In this document: positions 16,677 through 26,234 of the stretch, one piece after another
How positions within the stretch are numbered: position 1 is the stretch's first letter
Layout of the letters: each line of letters starts with the position of its first letter
Assembly: GCA_963674755.2 (NCBI GenBank)
Contig: CAXXVS010000003.1
Span: forward strand, 1,888,001-1,952,000
Direction of reading: 5' to 3'
DNA: 64,000 nucleotides
DNA from: Desulfobacterales bacterium
GTDB taxonomy: Bacteria > Desulfobacterota > Desulfobacteria > Desulfobacterales > UBA5852
Program-made: the position numbers and the translations under genes
Notes under the pieces: model-generated
What the model was told of the DNA's origin: nothing
The model's input: the letters and a program-made list of their open reading frames with translations, nothing else
Database searches by the model: none

Positions 16677-17220
16677 CAACAATTTCCCAGTTTCTTTAGA
16701 GACGCCACATGTGCCTCGATTTGAGGCCCAGAACGGGGAGATCACCCCGGATACAGGCGGCACCGACGACCTTGAAACGTTTTACCAAGCTGCCATGCTG
16801 ATCACCGGCACGCGCAACAAGGAACTGGCGATCACCCTGTTGAACCAGGTGGCTATGTCTCAGGGAGAGCTTACGGCCTCCTCCTTACCAAAAATCAATG
16901 GTGCATTAGCAGCGGTGGCAGAGTTCGCGCCTAGGGATGTTACAGAGACGCTGCTGGTGTCCCAGATGGTCGCTTCTCACAACTTGAGTATGAAATTCAT
17001 GTCCCGTGCGGCCAAGGTCTCCAGCGTCGATCTGCAGAAGAGCTATCTTAACAGCGCCTCGAAGCTGTCCCGGCTGTTTGTCTCACAGGTCGAAACGCTT
17101 CGTCGGTATCGCCAGAAAGGTAGTCAAAAAATGACCGTAGAGCACGTTCACGTCCATGAAGGCGGCCAAGCCATAGTAGGCAGTGTGACCCAAGAAAAAA
17201 AGGGGGGGGCGGGTGAATGA
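16669..17220 (+). CDS. Conserved mobile-element hypothetical protein
   Basis: AAGGAG RBS before ATG 16669; ETLLVSQMVASH and LRRYRQKGSQKMTVEHVHVHEGGQAIVG motifs; translationally coupled to the next gene. Confidence 0.75.
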   Translation: MNNNNFPVSLETPHVPRFEAQNGEITPDTGGTDDLETFYQAAMLITGTRNKELAITLLNQVAMSQGELTASSLPKINGALAAVAEFAPRDVTETLLVSQMVASHNLSMKFMSRAAKVSSVDLQKSYLNSASKLSRLFVSQVETLRRYRQKGSQKMTVEHVHVHEGGQAIVGSVTQEKKGGAGE

Positions 17221-17492
17221 AAAAGCACGAGGAACAACCCCATGCACGCATCTGCGGCGCCATGACCCGCAGCGGCTCCCCTTGCAAGAACCGATCGGTC
17301 ACTGGGAGGCGCCGCTGCCGCATGCACGGCGGTGCACCGGGATCGGGTGCTCCACTGGGCAATTCGAACGCTTTAAGACACGGCTTCTACACGGAGGAGG
17401 CCAAGGCCGAACGACGTGAAGTCCGGCGCCTGATTGAGGACAGCGAAGCCCTGCTCAAGAGCTTGACGGAAGCAGTTAACCGCAGAAGGTAG
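17217..17492 (+). CDS. HGGxSTG-type domain protein
   Basis: CGAMTRSGSPC....GRRRCRMHGG...GAPLGNSNALRHGFYT. Confidence 0.8.
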   Translation: MKKHEEQPHARICGAMTRSGSPCKNRSVTGRRRCRMHGGAPGSGAPLGNSNALRHGFYTEEAKAERREVRRLIEDSEALLKSLTEAVNRRR

Positions 17493-17825
17493 AGCCCACC
17501 ACGGCCAAGCGCGCGACAATCGATGCCACACCCCACCCATCAATCCATCCATACCGCGCGCCAACATTCAGCATAGTCGGGAATCAGCATAGCGTGGTCG
17601 ACTTTTCCGCGTGCGTGACGCGCAGGTCGTCCTATCGGCTTTTGCTGTCTTAAACAAATCGCAATTTTTTTTATCGGTTTACTTAACTTTTCCCCCCGTT
17701 TTTCCATTATTTGGTCAACCTCCCGGAACAGGAGAATCTCGGTGCGATCAAGGCGCCACACCGGGATTCGACGACCGGGGTAACTTTCGCTCCGGAGGCA
17801 CATCCAGGAGCTCAAAGACAAGCCC

Positions 17826-18149
17826 TTGAAGGGCATGGAGAACACTATGCTTAACACAGAGCAAATTGACCGGGAACTGATGGAGATGGCGAGATCATCG
17901 GATTATTCTCTTCTTTGGGATGACCTTTTAACGGAAGGAAAGCCGGACATGAAGGCTTGGCTTCAACGGATAGCGCTCTATATCGCCCAAAACAACGACG
18001 AGATAACGTTGCACCAGTTCGTTGAAATAGTCGCCATGGCCCGTACGGGCATTCTGCAGGAGATCATGAGCCGGGCCAGCCTTTCCGACGTTTTTGAAAA
18101 CGCCATTGCGGCGCACTATCAGAGCCGAACAGCCGCTGAGGTGGGCTAA
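17826..18149 (+). CDS. Hypothetical protein (start may be 17835 or 17847)
   Basis: Co-oriented ORF with plausible helical composition. Confidence 0.5.
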   Translation: MKGMENTMLNTEQIDRELMEMARSSDYSLLWDDLLTEGKPDMKAWLQRIALYIAQNNDEITLHQFVEIVAMARTGILQEIMSRASLSDVFENAIAAHYQSRTAAEVG

Positions 18150-18371
18150 CTCAATCGCCATGTTACCCTCCGCCTATTCTCAGCACAAACCGAGTCCCTG
18201 TCTCCAACGCATCAATCGATCAAATTATCCATCCGGACAGGGGCTCGGCCACACCAAAAAAAACCGCGAAAGTCGCCCGGCTGGTTGGCGCCGGGTGGAC
18301 ATCGCGGCACGGATGGAGTCGATGCGGATATGACGTTGGATGTTACCAGACCTGAGAGAAGCGAAGTCGTT

Positions 18372-18701
18372 ATGAACACGCCGAAAGGCCGGGAAGGCCA
18401 GGTCGCCGGGCGCAAGCGTCCGCGCAAGGGGCGGCCGGCAGCAGACAAAATGCCTCCAATGTATTATACTCAACGCGAAGTGGCCGACCTGTTCCGGGTG
18501 AGCCAGGGCACCGTCATCAAGTGGCGCGGCCTGGGCTACCTGGAATACCTGCGGCCGCCGGGGTCCAACCGGGTGCTCTACACCGTAGCGAGCGTGGAGC
18601 GCTTCCAGGACCAATTCACCCGCCGGGAGGAGGTGACCAAGCCACCGATTGATATCAGCAGTTGCAGGCGTGTCGCTCCAGCTAAGGACTGGAGGTTATG
18701 A
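18372..18701 (+). CDS. Excisionase-like MerR/HTH_17 protein
   Basis: YYTQREVADLFRVSQGTVIKWR...RVLYT; stop overlaps the integrase start. Confidence 0.78.
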   Translation: MNTPKGREGQVAGRKRPRKGRPAADKMPPMYYTQREVADLFRVSQGTVIKWRGLGYLEYLRPPGSNRVLYTVASVERFQDQFTRREEVTKPPIDISSCRRVAPAKDWRL

Positions 18702-19843
18702 TGGCCAAAAAGAACCTGAATCACCACATGTTCAAGCGGAGCGGCACATGGTATTTTCAGATGATGGTCAAGGGACGGCCCTACAAGAAGGCCCTGAGCA
18801 CGGACGTCTCCCAGGCGAGGCTGCTGCGGGACCAGTTCCTGCACAAGATCCGCTGGGGGCATCTGGACGTCCAGCGCGAGCGCAAGGTCTTGGGGGAGGT
18901 CGCCAAGCAGTGGATCCGGCTTGAGGAGATGAAGTTGCAGCCGTCCACCCTGAGGGACTACCGCGGCATCATGAACTGTCACGTGCTGCCGCATTTTGGT
19001 AACTGGTACATCGACGAGATCCGGCCGGTCGATGTGGAGGAGTTCATGGCCACCCGGACCTGCGGCGCCAAGCGGATCAACAACATCCTGTGCCCGCTGC
19101 GCTCGCTTTTTCGCATGGCCAAGAAGAACGACTATGTCGAGCGCAACATCATGCTCGATGTGGAAAACCTCTCCGTGGACAGGCCGCACATCAGCCCACT
19201 GTCGATGAAGGAGGCCGCAAGCTTTCTTGATGCGATCGAGGACACCATCTACCGCAACTTCTTCGTGGTCGCGTTTTTCACCGGCATGCGGCTGGGGGAG
19301 CAGACGGCGCTCAAGTGGCGCGAGGTGGACTGGGAGCGCAAGTCCATCTCGATCGTGGAGTCACGCGTGATGGGTATCGAGGGCCGGCCCAAGACCAAGG
19401 GGTCCTATCGAGACATCGACATGCTGCCCGTGGTCGAGGCGGCGCTCAAGGACCAGCGCAAGCAGAACCGGGCCAAGTCGCGCTACGTATTCCTCAATAA
19501 CGACGGCAAGCCCGTCGACGGCGAGACGCTGCGGAAGACCACCTGGACGCCGGGGTTGAATCGCGCCGGTTTGGAATACCGCTCCATGTACCACACGCGG
19601 CACACCTTCGCGACCTTGATGCTGTCTTCCGGGGAGAACATGGGCTGGGTGCAGCGGATGATGGGGCATGCGTCGCTCAAGATGATCCAGGAGCGCTACT
19701 ACCGGTACATCCCGAATCTGACCCATGCCGACGGCAGCGCGTTTGCGAAAAAGTTCGGCACGGACCTTGCTCGAGTTACCCCAAATCTACCCCATAACGA
19801 CGAAAGGGAACACCTCGCCCAGGTAATCCCCTTAAATCGTTAG
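18698..19843 (+). CDS. Tyrosine recombinase/integrase
   Basis: TGMRLGE (R), PKT (K), YHTRHTFA (HxxR), MGH and catalytic Y in ERYYRY; abuts the tmRNA 3' end. Confidence 0.95.
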   Translation: MMAKKNLNHHMFKRSGTWYFQMMVKGRPYKKALSTDVSQARLLRDQFLHKIRWGHLDVQRERKVLGEVAKQWIRLEEMKLQPSTLRDYRGIMNCHVLPHFGNWYIDEIRPVDVEEFMATRTCGAKRINNILCPLRSLFRMAKKNDYVERNIMLDVENLSVDRPHISPLSMKEAASFLDAIEDTIYRNFFVVAFFTGMRLGEQTALKWREVDWERKSISIVESRVMGIEGRPKTKGSYRDIDMLPVVEAALKDQRKQNRAKSRYVFLNNDGKPVDGETLRKTTWTPGLNRAGLEYRSMYHTRHTFATLMLSSGENMGWVQRMMGHASLKMIQERYYRYIPNLTHADGSAFAKKFGTDLARVTPNLPHNDEREHLAQVIPLNR

Positions 19844-19860
19844 TAATTTTTGTCGAGAAA

Positions 19861-20212
19861 TGGTGGAGGCGGCGGGAGTCGAACCCGCGTCCGAAAGCAT
19901 TCCACATGGGCATCTACATGCTTATCCCGAACTTTGAGTGTCAGCCCTCGGGGCCCTTTCGGGCGAGGTCCCTTCGGACTTATCCTGATTAGAGTTTCGC
20001 GCCTGTCCCATCAGGCAAGGACAATTGCTATCCCGCTAGTCGACGCCCTTTCCAGACCCGCAGGAGTAGCCTGGAAGGACGGTAGCTATGCAGCTACGGC
20101 GTAGTTATAATCGTCTGCGATTATATTTAGTTTTCCCGTCGTTTTACGAGCGGACAGGAAGCTCGACATGCAGCCGACGCTTCTTTGCCCCCGTCGAACC
20201 CGTTTCGCCCCC
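19861..20212 (-). ncRNA. ssrA: tmRNA; tag peptide (A)DDYNYAVAA* encoded at 20086-20118
   Basis: 5' GGGGGCGAAACGGGTTCGACG; 3' GCGGGTTCGACTCCCGCCGCCTCCACCA; resume codon after ATAATC; smpB nearby. Confidence 0.97.
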
Positions 20213-20319
20213 ATATTCTCAAAGATCCGCACCGCCCGAGAGCGGTTGTCCCCCCATGGAAAGGGAAGCCTGCTTGTAGCACAGCGCAGGTCGATAAACA
20301 AGCGCCTTCACATACTGTT

Positions 20320-20347
20320 ATAATAAGGACATTTACTGAATCGTCAA
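20320..20347 (-). promoter_or_regulatory. Putative sigma70 promoter of ssrA
   Basis: TTGACG-16 bp-TATTAT on the minus strand, ~100 bp upstream of the mature 5' end. Confidence 0.5.
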
Positions 20348-20380
20348 TGAGTTAGACACTTTCAGGCCGTCATCAAAGGA

Positions 20381-21358
20381 TTACCGGCCTTGCTTGTGCT
20401 TGAGCAGCCGGCCGTCGATGGCGATGAGTCCCGCGAAGATCAAGAGCATGCCACCTACGGCATTCCAGCCGAATCGTTCCCCCAGGATCAGGACCCCGAG
20501 CAGAATGGCGCTGACGGGAATCAGGAAGGTCACCAGGAGGATATTGGTGGCGCCGGCCCGGGCCAGTATCCGGAAGTAGATCATATAAGCGGCGGCGGTG
20601 CTGATGAGTGACAACCCCAGGATGGCCCCCCACGCGGCAAGGCCGGGGTGCAGGGCGAGGGGCTGCTCGAACATCAGGACCAGGGGCACCAGCATCACGC
20701 TGCTGCAGACGAGCATGCCCGTGGTGACGGTGACCGGGGGCAGACCCCGGAAGCGGCGCCCGAAGATGGCGGCGCAGGCATAGCACATGGCGGCGCCCAA
20801 CACTGCCAGATAGCCCAGGATCTGTAAATCGAAGCCTTTCAGGGATTCGATCCCGATCAGGAGCGCCACGCCCAGCCAGCCCAGGAGAACGCCGATCCCG
20901 CGGTTGAGCGTGAACCGCTCCTCCCGGGTCAGGAAATGGGCCAGCACGACGCTGAAAATGGGGGTGGTGGCATTCAGGATGGAGGCCAGGCTGCTCTGGA
21001 TGTATTGCTGGCTCCAGGCGATCAGGCTGAACGGGATCAGGTTGTTGAGCAGACCCATGATCAGGAAGGCGCCCCACAGGGAAAGATCTGCGGGCAGCCG
21101 CCGGTCGGTCAGGAAGCATACCCCCAGCAGAATGACGGCCGCCAGTCCCACCCGGCAGAAGACCAGGGTGAAGGGCGTGATCTCGCGCACGGCCACCTCG
21201 ATGAAGAAAAAGGAGCCGCCCCAGATCACGGACAGCAGCCAAAGGAGCAGCCATTCCGAAAGCCCCATGGCGACATTCAGTTCCGGCCGGGGCGGATGCG
21301 GGAGAGCGGCCGCTGCGAGCGGCTTGGATGGCGGCGAAATGCCGGGCGTTGGTTTCAC
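20381..21358 (-). CDS. DMT/EamA family transporter
   Basis: Ten hydrophobic segments, IWGGSFFFI and LASILNATTP; start uncertain (GTG 21358 or ATG 21268). Confidence 0.88.
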   Translation of the reverse strand: MKPTPGISPPSKPLAAAALPHPPRPELNVAMGLSEWLLLWLLSVIWGGSFFFIEVAVREITPFTLVFCRVGLAAVILLGVCFLTDRRLPADLSLWGAFLIMGLLNNLIPFSLIAWSQQYIQSSLASILNATTPIFSVVLAHFLTREERFTLNRGIGVLLGWLGVALLIGIESLKGFDLQILGYLAVLGAAMCYACAAIFGRRFRGLPPVTVTTGMLVCSSVMLVPLVLMFEQPLALHPGLAAWGAILGLSLISTAAAYMIYFRILARAGATNILLVTFLIPVSAILLGVLILGERFGWNAVGGMLLIFAGLIAIDGRLLKHKQGR

Positions 21359-21476
21359 GGTGCCCCCTTTCGTTTTAACGTTTCGTGCGTCAGGGGCACT
21401 ACGCTTAGCACCTGCCGGGGGAGGCAAGCCACCCGATTGTTGCGCTCAGCAGCCATAAATGGGGCGTTGCCAAGGT

Positions 21477-21953
21477 CTACTTGTGGCCGGCGCTGGGTTG
21501 GATAAACGAGGTGAACGCGATCGCGGCGGCGCCGGGCGGCAGGGCCAGGGTGGTGTCGAAGCTCTCGGGCCGGCGGATGTAGGTCGGGGGCCTGAATCCC
21601 GAAGCATAGAGTACGGACGTATCCATCACATGTCCGGCACTGTCCAAAAGGTGGAGATAGACGGTCGTTTTGTCCGCCCTGGTTCGGGCGCTGAGCACCC
21701 TGCCGCTGAGATGGAGCCGCCGGGCGGGGGCGAAGGTGACCGCGAGGGCATAGGACAGCACAAGATCACCGGTGTCGATCGTGCCCTGGACGGGTTCCCT
21801 GGGCTGCAGGGCAATGCCGTTTGCGGGAACGTGGGGGCGGGGCGAAAGACTGAAACTCCGGCAGCCGGCCAGGCCGGCTGCCAGCATGGCAACCATCGCT
21901 GTGGCGTAGAGGAAAGTCGGCACAGGGCGAATGGGTTTCATGGTGATATCCAT
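21477..21953 (-). CDS. Putative lipoprotein
   Basis: Signal peptide with lipobox LAGC. Confidence 0.65.
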   Translation of the reverse strand: MDITMKPIRPVPTFLYATAMVAMLAAGLAGCRSFSLSPRPHVPANGIALQPREPVQGTIDTGDLVLSYALAVTFAPARRLHLSGRVLSARTRADKTTVYLHLLDSAGHVMDTSVLYASGFRPPTYIRRPESFDTTLALPPGAAAIAFTSFIQPSAGHK

Positions 21954-22321
21954 CGGTTAGGAATTGGCAGAACCACACGCCCCTTCAATCCGGGTGAAAA
22001 TTGGGACGCGTAATGCCTCAATACAATGACGATAAGACGGGATTGCGGGGTGGCAATCGAAAAAGGCTTCCGGCCCGTTAAGGCAGGATTCAACGACGGC
22101 ACGTTGTTTCACGGTCCTGGTTTTGTTTCACCGCTTATATCGATGGTGGGGAATCCGGAGAGGTGCTGCCGATCCGGGGGGGCTTTTTTCATAGAAGGTT
22201 TCTTCATTTTCAAGGGTGGGATTTAGGGCTCTAATCGAGGCCGCACCAGGTTTTCCGCTGCATCGGATGTAAATGGAAAAGGTTCTTTCCCTTCCCCTTG
22301 ACGCCTTGACCCCTCGGATCC

Positions 22322-22780
22322 TCAGTAATTGCGCATCGCCCGATCCAGATCCCGCTGCTCGTCCCGGCGGCGGATGGTCTCGCGTTTATCGTGCTTCTTC
22401 TTGCCCTTGGCCAGGGCCAGCTGGATCTTGGCTTTGCCGTTTTTGAAGTAGACCCGCAGGGGGATCAGGCTGTAGCCCGATTCATTGATCTTGCCATAGA
22501 GCTTTTTGATCTCGTACTTGTGCAGCAGGAGTTTGCGCTGCCGGCGGGGCTCGTGGTTGTTGTAGTAGGCGAAGGGGTAGGGGCCGATGTGCATGTTGAG
22601 CACCCAGATCTCGCCGTTGATGATGCGGCCGTAGCTGTCCTTGAGGTTGCAGCGCCCCCGGCGCAGGGATTTGACTTCGGTGCCCCGCAGGGCCATGCCG
22701 GCCTCGAACTTGTCTTCGATGTGGTAGTCGTAGCGGGCCTTGCGGTTTTCCGCGACGATCTTGATGCCTTCCGTACCCAT
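22322..22780 (-). CDS. smpB: SsrA-binding protein
   Basis: NRKARYDY, EAGMAL.GTEVKSLR, RKLLLHK, GKKKHDKRE. Confidence 0.97.
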   Translation of the reverse strand: MGTEGIKIVAENRKARYDYHIEDKFEAGMALRGTEVKSLRRGRCNLKDSYGRIINGEIWVLNMHIGPYPFAYYNNHEPRRQRKLLLHKYEIKKLYGKINESGYSLIPLRVYFKNGKAKIQLALAKGKKKHDKRETIRRRDEQRDLDRAMRNY

Positions 22781-22844
22781 GGTGCTCTAAGGCCTCTGGT
22801 GACGTTGGACGGGAGCGAAGGGCGGCGCCCGCCGGGTGGATAAT

Positions 22845-24620
22845 CTAACCCTGCTGAAGGATCAATCCGCTGTCGATGTGGACTCTGAAGCGCTCCCGCG
22901 CCAGGCGGTTGATCTCTTCGGCGCTCGTGAGGTCCACGATTTCCTTGACGAATTTACGGGCGTCGATGGCGGACAGGCCGCGCACCATCCGTTTGACGAT
23001 GGGGATGGTGTGGGGCACCATGCTCCATTCGGTGATGCCCAGCCCCAGCAGGATCGGGATGTAGATCGGTTCGCCGGCCATTTCGCCGCACATGGCGACG
23101 CGGATTTTCTTGCGGCGGGCCATGTCCGCCACGTGTTTTATCATCCGGATAATGGCCGGATTGAGCGGGTCGTAGAGATAGGCCACGTTGCGGTTGCCGC
23201 GGTCGATGGCCAGGGCGTACTGAATCAGGTCGTTGGTGCCGATGCTGAAGAAATCGCACAGCTCCGCCAACTGGTCGGCCATCACCACGGCCGAGGGCAC
23301 TTCGATCATGACACCGATTTCAATGTCCGGGTTATGCTCCACGCTTTCCGCGGCCAGGGATTCGGCCGCCTCCCGCAGGGCGCGCCGGGCCTCCAGCAGT
23401 TCGCCGCAGCCGGTGATCATGGGGAAGAGAATGCGCACATTCCCGTAGGCGGCCGCCCGCAGGATGGCGCGCAGCTGGGTGTGGAAGACCTCCGGGTTTT
23501 GCAGGCAGTAGCGGATGGCCCGCAGCCCCAGCACCGGATTGACCTCGTTGCCGTTACCGGCATAGCTCAGGGCCTTGTCGCCATTGATGTCCAAGGTGCG
23601 GATGGTTACGGGGTTGGGCGCCATAAGCTCCACCACCTCACGGTATTTGTCGAACAGATCGAACTCGCTGGGGAACTCCGTGCGCCCCATGTACTGGAAC
23701 TCGGTGCGGTAGAGGCCGATGCCGTCGCCGCCGTTGTCGATGACCGAGACCACTTCCTCGGGCAGTTCGATGTTGCCCTGGACATGGATGACCTGCCCGT
23801 CGGCCGTGCGGGCGGGCAGATGGCTTTCACGCGTGACGCGGGCCCGGTAGGCTTCGTAGCTGGCCTGGCGCTCCTCATATTCCACCAGGGTCTTCTCATC
23901 GGGGTTGATGATCACGACGCCGTCGGTGCCGTCCACGACCAGGATGTCGTCATTGCGGATCAGGGAGGTCGCATTCATCAGGCCCAGCACCGCCGGGATG
24001 TCCAACGTCCGGGCGATGATGCCGGTGTGGGAGGTCTTACCGCCGACGTCGGTGAGGAAGCCCTTGACACGCTCGAGCTGGATCTGGCTGGTGTCGGCCG
24101 GCGACAGGTCCCGGGCTACCAGAATGACCCGTTTGTCGATGTCCGAAATCTTGATGCTCTCGGCGCCGGTCAGGTGGTGCATGATGCGGTCCGAGACATG
24201 GATGATGTCGGCGGCCCGCTCCTTGAGGTAGGGGTCCTCCATACTCTGGAACATGCTCTTGATCTGGCCCACGACCGTCTTGAGCGCCCATTCCGCATTG
24301 ACCTTGTCTTCCTGGATCAGGTTGATGGTGCGGCCGAAGAGCATCTTGTCGTCGAACAGGAGCAGATGGGTCTCCAGGATGTTGGTCTGCTGCTGGAGGT
24401 CCTCGGGCATGCCGCTGATGATCTGCCGCAGGTCGTCCTTGGCTGTGATGACGGCTTTTTTAAACCGGTTGATCTCGTTGGCGGCCCGGTCGGGGTTGAT
24501 AAAATATTTGGGGACCACTTTGACGCCTTCCCGATCCACCAGGTAGGCTTTGCCGATGCAAATACCGGGCGAGGCGCCGATTCCCTGCAGTTTGAATTCT
24601 TTGGCTTCGGTGGGCAACAT
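22845..24620 (-). CDS. ptsI: PTS enzyme I
   Basis: GGKTSHTGI phospho-His motif, GIGLYRTEF, IRTLD.NGDK, FSIGTNDLIQY, MCGEMAG. Confidence 0.95.
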   Translation of the reverse strand: MLPTEAKEFKLQGIGASPGICIGKAYLVDREGVKVVPKYFINPDRAANEINRFKKAVITAKDDLRQIISGMPEDLQQQTNILETHLLLFDDKMLFGRTINLIQEDKVNAEWALKTVVGQIKSMFQSMEDPYLKERAADIIHVSDRIMHHLTGAESIKISDIDKRVILVARDLSPADTSQIQLERVKGFLTDVGGKTSHTGIIARTLDIPAVLGLMNATSLIRNDDILVVDGTDGVVIINPDEKTLVEYEERQASYEAYRARVTRESHLPARTADGQVIHVQGNIELPEEVVSVIDNGGDGIGLYRTEFQYMGRTEFPSEFDLFDKYREVVELMAPNPVTIRTLDINGDKALSYAGNGNEVNPVLGLRAIRYCLQNPEVFHTQLRAILRAAAYGNVRILFPMITGCGELLEARRALREAAESLAAESVEHNPDIEIGVMIEVPSAVVMADQLAELCDFFSIGTNDLIQYALAIDRGNRNVAYLYDPLNPAIIRMIKHVADMARRKKIRVAMCGEMAGEPIYIPILLGLGITEWSMVPHTIPIVKRMVRGLSAIDARKFVKEIVDLTSAEEINRLARERFRVHIDSGLILQQG

Positions 24621-24626
24621 GGCCGC

Positions 24627-24908
24627 CTATTCTCCAAACCCGGCTTCCACCAGGTCGATGATCTGATTCAATATGGGGCGGTCCGCCGCATTTTCAATGC
24701 GCACCACGATTTCGGTGCCTTGGTTGCAGCCCAGGGTCAGCAGGTCGATGATGCTGGCGGCATCCACTTCCTCGATATCGCGCGCGACCCAGACCTTATA
24801 CCTTGCTTTCTGGGCCACTTCCGCTATTTTGGCAGCGGAACGGGCATGCAGGCCAAGCTCGTTGATAATCGTCGCGGGACGAAGCAGTTTTGCGTCGGAG
24901 TTATTCAT
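24627..24908 (-). CDS. ptsH: HPr phosphocarrier
   Basis: NELGLHARSAA (His15) and DAASII (Ser46). Confidence 0.92.
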   Translation of the reverse strand: MNNSDAKLLRPATIINELGLHARSAAKIAEVAQKARYKVWVARDIEEVDAASIIDLLTLGCNQGTEIVVRIENAADRPILNQIIDLVEAGFGE

Positions 24909-25039
24909 GGGTACGTTGTCAAGGATTCCTTTGAAAAAGCCCTTATCTATATATTAAATTCATCGTGTTGGCAATATCCCGCCCAAATCGGCGGTGCCTG
25001 CCGGCCGATGGCCGTTGACCCTGAATGAAAGGAATGTGA

Positions 25040-25690
25040 ATGGAAAAACAGTTCATTATCGATGACTTGAAACTGGGCGAGTCCTGGCGTTTGTTTCGCA
25101 TCCTAGGGGAGTTTGTGGAAGGGGTCGAAAAGTTGCACGACCTGGGACCGGCGGTGAGCATTTTCGGATCGGCCCGCACGGATCCCAAAGATCCGGCCTA
25201 CGCCATGGCGGCGCACACGGCCGCCCTGTTTGCCAAAGAGAACTTTGCCGTGATCACCGGCGGGGGCGGCGGGGTCATGGAAGCGGCCAACAAGGGGGCG
25301 GCCGAGGCGGGCGGTGTTTCCGTGGGACTCAACATCAGCCTGCCCTTCGAGCAGAAGCCCAACCCCTATGCCAACATCCAGCTCCAATTCCACTATTTCT
25401 TCGTTCGCAAGGTCATGTTCGTCAAATACGCCATGGCCTACATCATCATGCCGGGCGGGTTCGGCACCCTGGACGAGTTGTTCGAGGCGATGACCCTTAT
25501 CCAGACCCACCGCATCCGCCCGCTGCCGGTATTCCTCATGGGCTCCGACTACTGGAAGGGGCTGGTGGACTGGATCCGGGACCGCCTGCTCAAGGAAAAC
25601 CGCATATCGCCGGAAGATATCGACATATTCCAGGTGATCGATGAACCCGAGGAAGTGGTGAAAGCCGTCAAGAAAGTGGTCATCATCTGA
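25040..25690 (+). CDS. LOG family nucleotide phosphoribohydrolase (TIGR00730-like)
   Basis: VSIFGSAR, TGGGGGVMEAANKGA, PGGFGTLDE. Confidence 0.93.
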   Translation: MEKQFIIDDLKLGESWRLFRILGEFVEGVEKLHDLGPAVSIFGSARTDPKDPAYAMAAHTAALFAKENFAVITGGGGGVMEAANKGAAEAGGVSVGLNISLPFEQKPNPYANIQLQFHYFFVRKVMFVKYAMAYIIMPGGFGTLDELFEAMTLIQTHRIRPLPVFLMGSDYWKGLVDWIRDRLLKENRISPEDIDIFQVIDEPEEVVKAVKKVVII

Positions 25691-25730
25691 CCGGCCCGGC
25701 AGCGCCGGGCCATCCTCGCCTTCCAGACCG

Positions 25731-25790
25731 GCCTCCCAACCGGCTGGACTAACGTCCGGTCGGTTGGGAGGCGCTTTTCCTCTTTTCCTT
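25731..25790 (+). terminator. Rho-independent terminator after the LOG gene
   Basis: GCCTCCCAACCGGCTGGAC/GTCCGGTCGGTTGGGAGGC stem followed by a T-rich tract. Confidence 0.6.
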
Positions 25791-26234
25791 ATGAGTATTC
25801 TCCAATAATTTTATAATCTAAAATAATTTTATAATGTTATCGAATATATGCAAGGGGCGAGAAAGCTCTTGACTAAACGAAAACTAAAATATAGAGAGTG
25901 ATATACCAAATGAATATTATTCATTTGGTTTGTTTGATCGTACGAGGGGAGCATCTGAAGCGGCACCAAATTCCGAAAAAAAGACCGATCGCCCCGCCTT
26001 GCATGACCGCATGCAAGGGGGGGACCGCCCAAAAAGGCAAGACAGGCATGACAGATCCCAATACGGGGCAATTCCCGATACATCGCAACCCTGATGAAGC
26101 CCGACCAACCCATGCGGCGGTTCATCGGGGTTTTTCAATGGCATCCCGGAAGTCGACCCCAACCCCCGCGTACCGTTGTGCTGGAGGGGTGGTGGGGTGG
26201 ACGAGTCGACTGAACTAGGGGAACCAACGCGGCC

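Larger units (their letters stand above)
1..19860. mobile_element. Integrative element (satellite/IME-like or decayed prophage) integrated at the 3' end of tmRNA; left boundary lies outside the window
   Basis: The tyrosine integrase ends 18 bp from the tmRNA CCA end. Excisionase-like, primase-helicase, Rha and Rad52-like genes are present, with patchy and often lower GC than the host genes right of 20.2 kb. No second copy of the ssrA 3' end was seen in the window. Confidence 0.9.

Noticed and set aside
19850..20301. ORFs 19850-20104 (+), 20088-20279 (+) and 20086-20301 (-)
   Set aside because: They overlap tmRNA; only the last ten codons of the minus-strand ORF are real, as the tag peptide
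22836..25028. 730-aa plus-strand ORF, and similar long ORFs at 27215-29068, 39772-41910, 42238-44235 and 55134-57404
   Set aside because: Antisense shadows of well-supported GC3-rich genes, with no recognisable motifs
25749..25770. 19/22 match to the tetR operator region at 49961-49982
   Set aside because: It forms one arm of the LOG terminator hairpin and lacks the operator's symmetry, so it is probably coincidental
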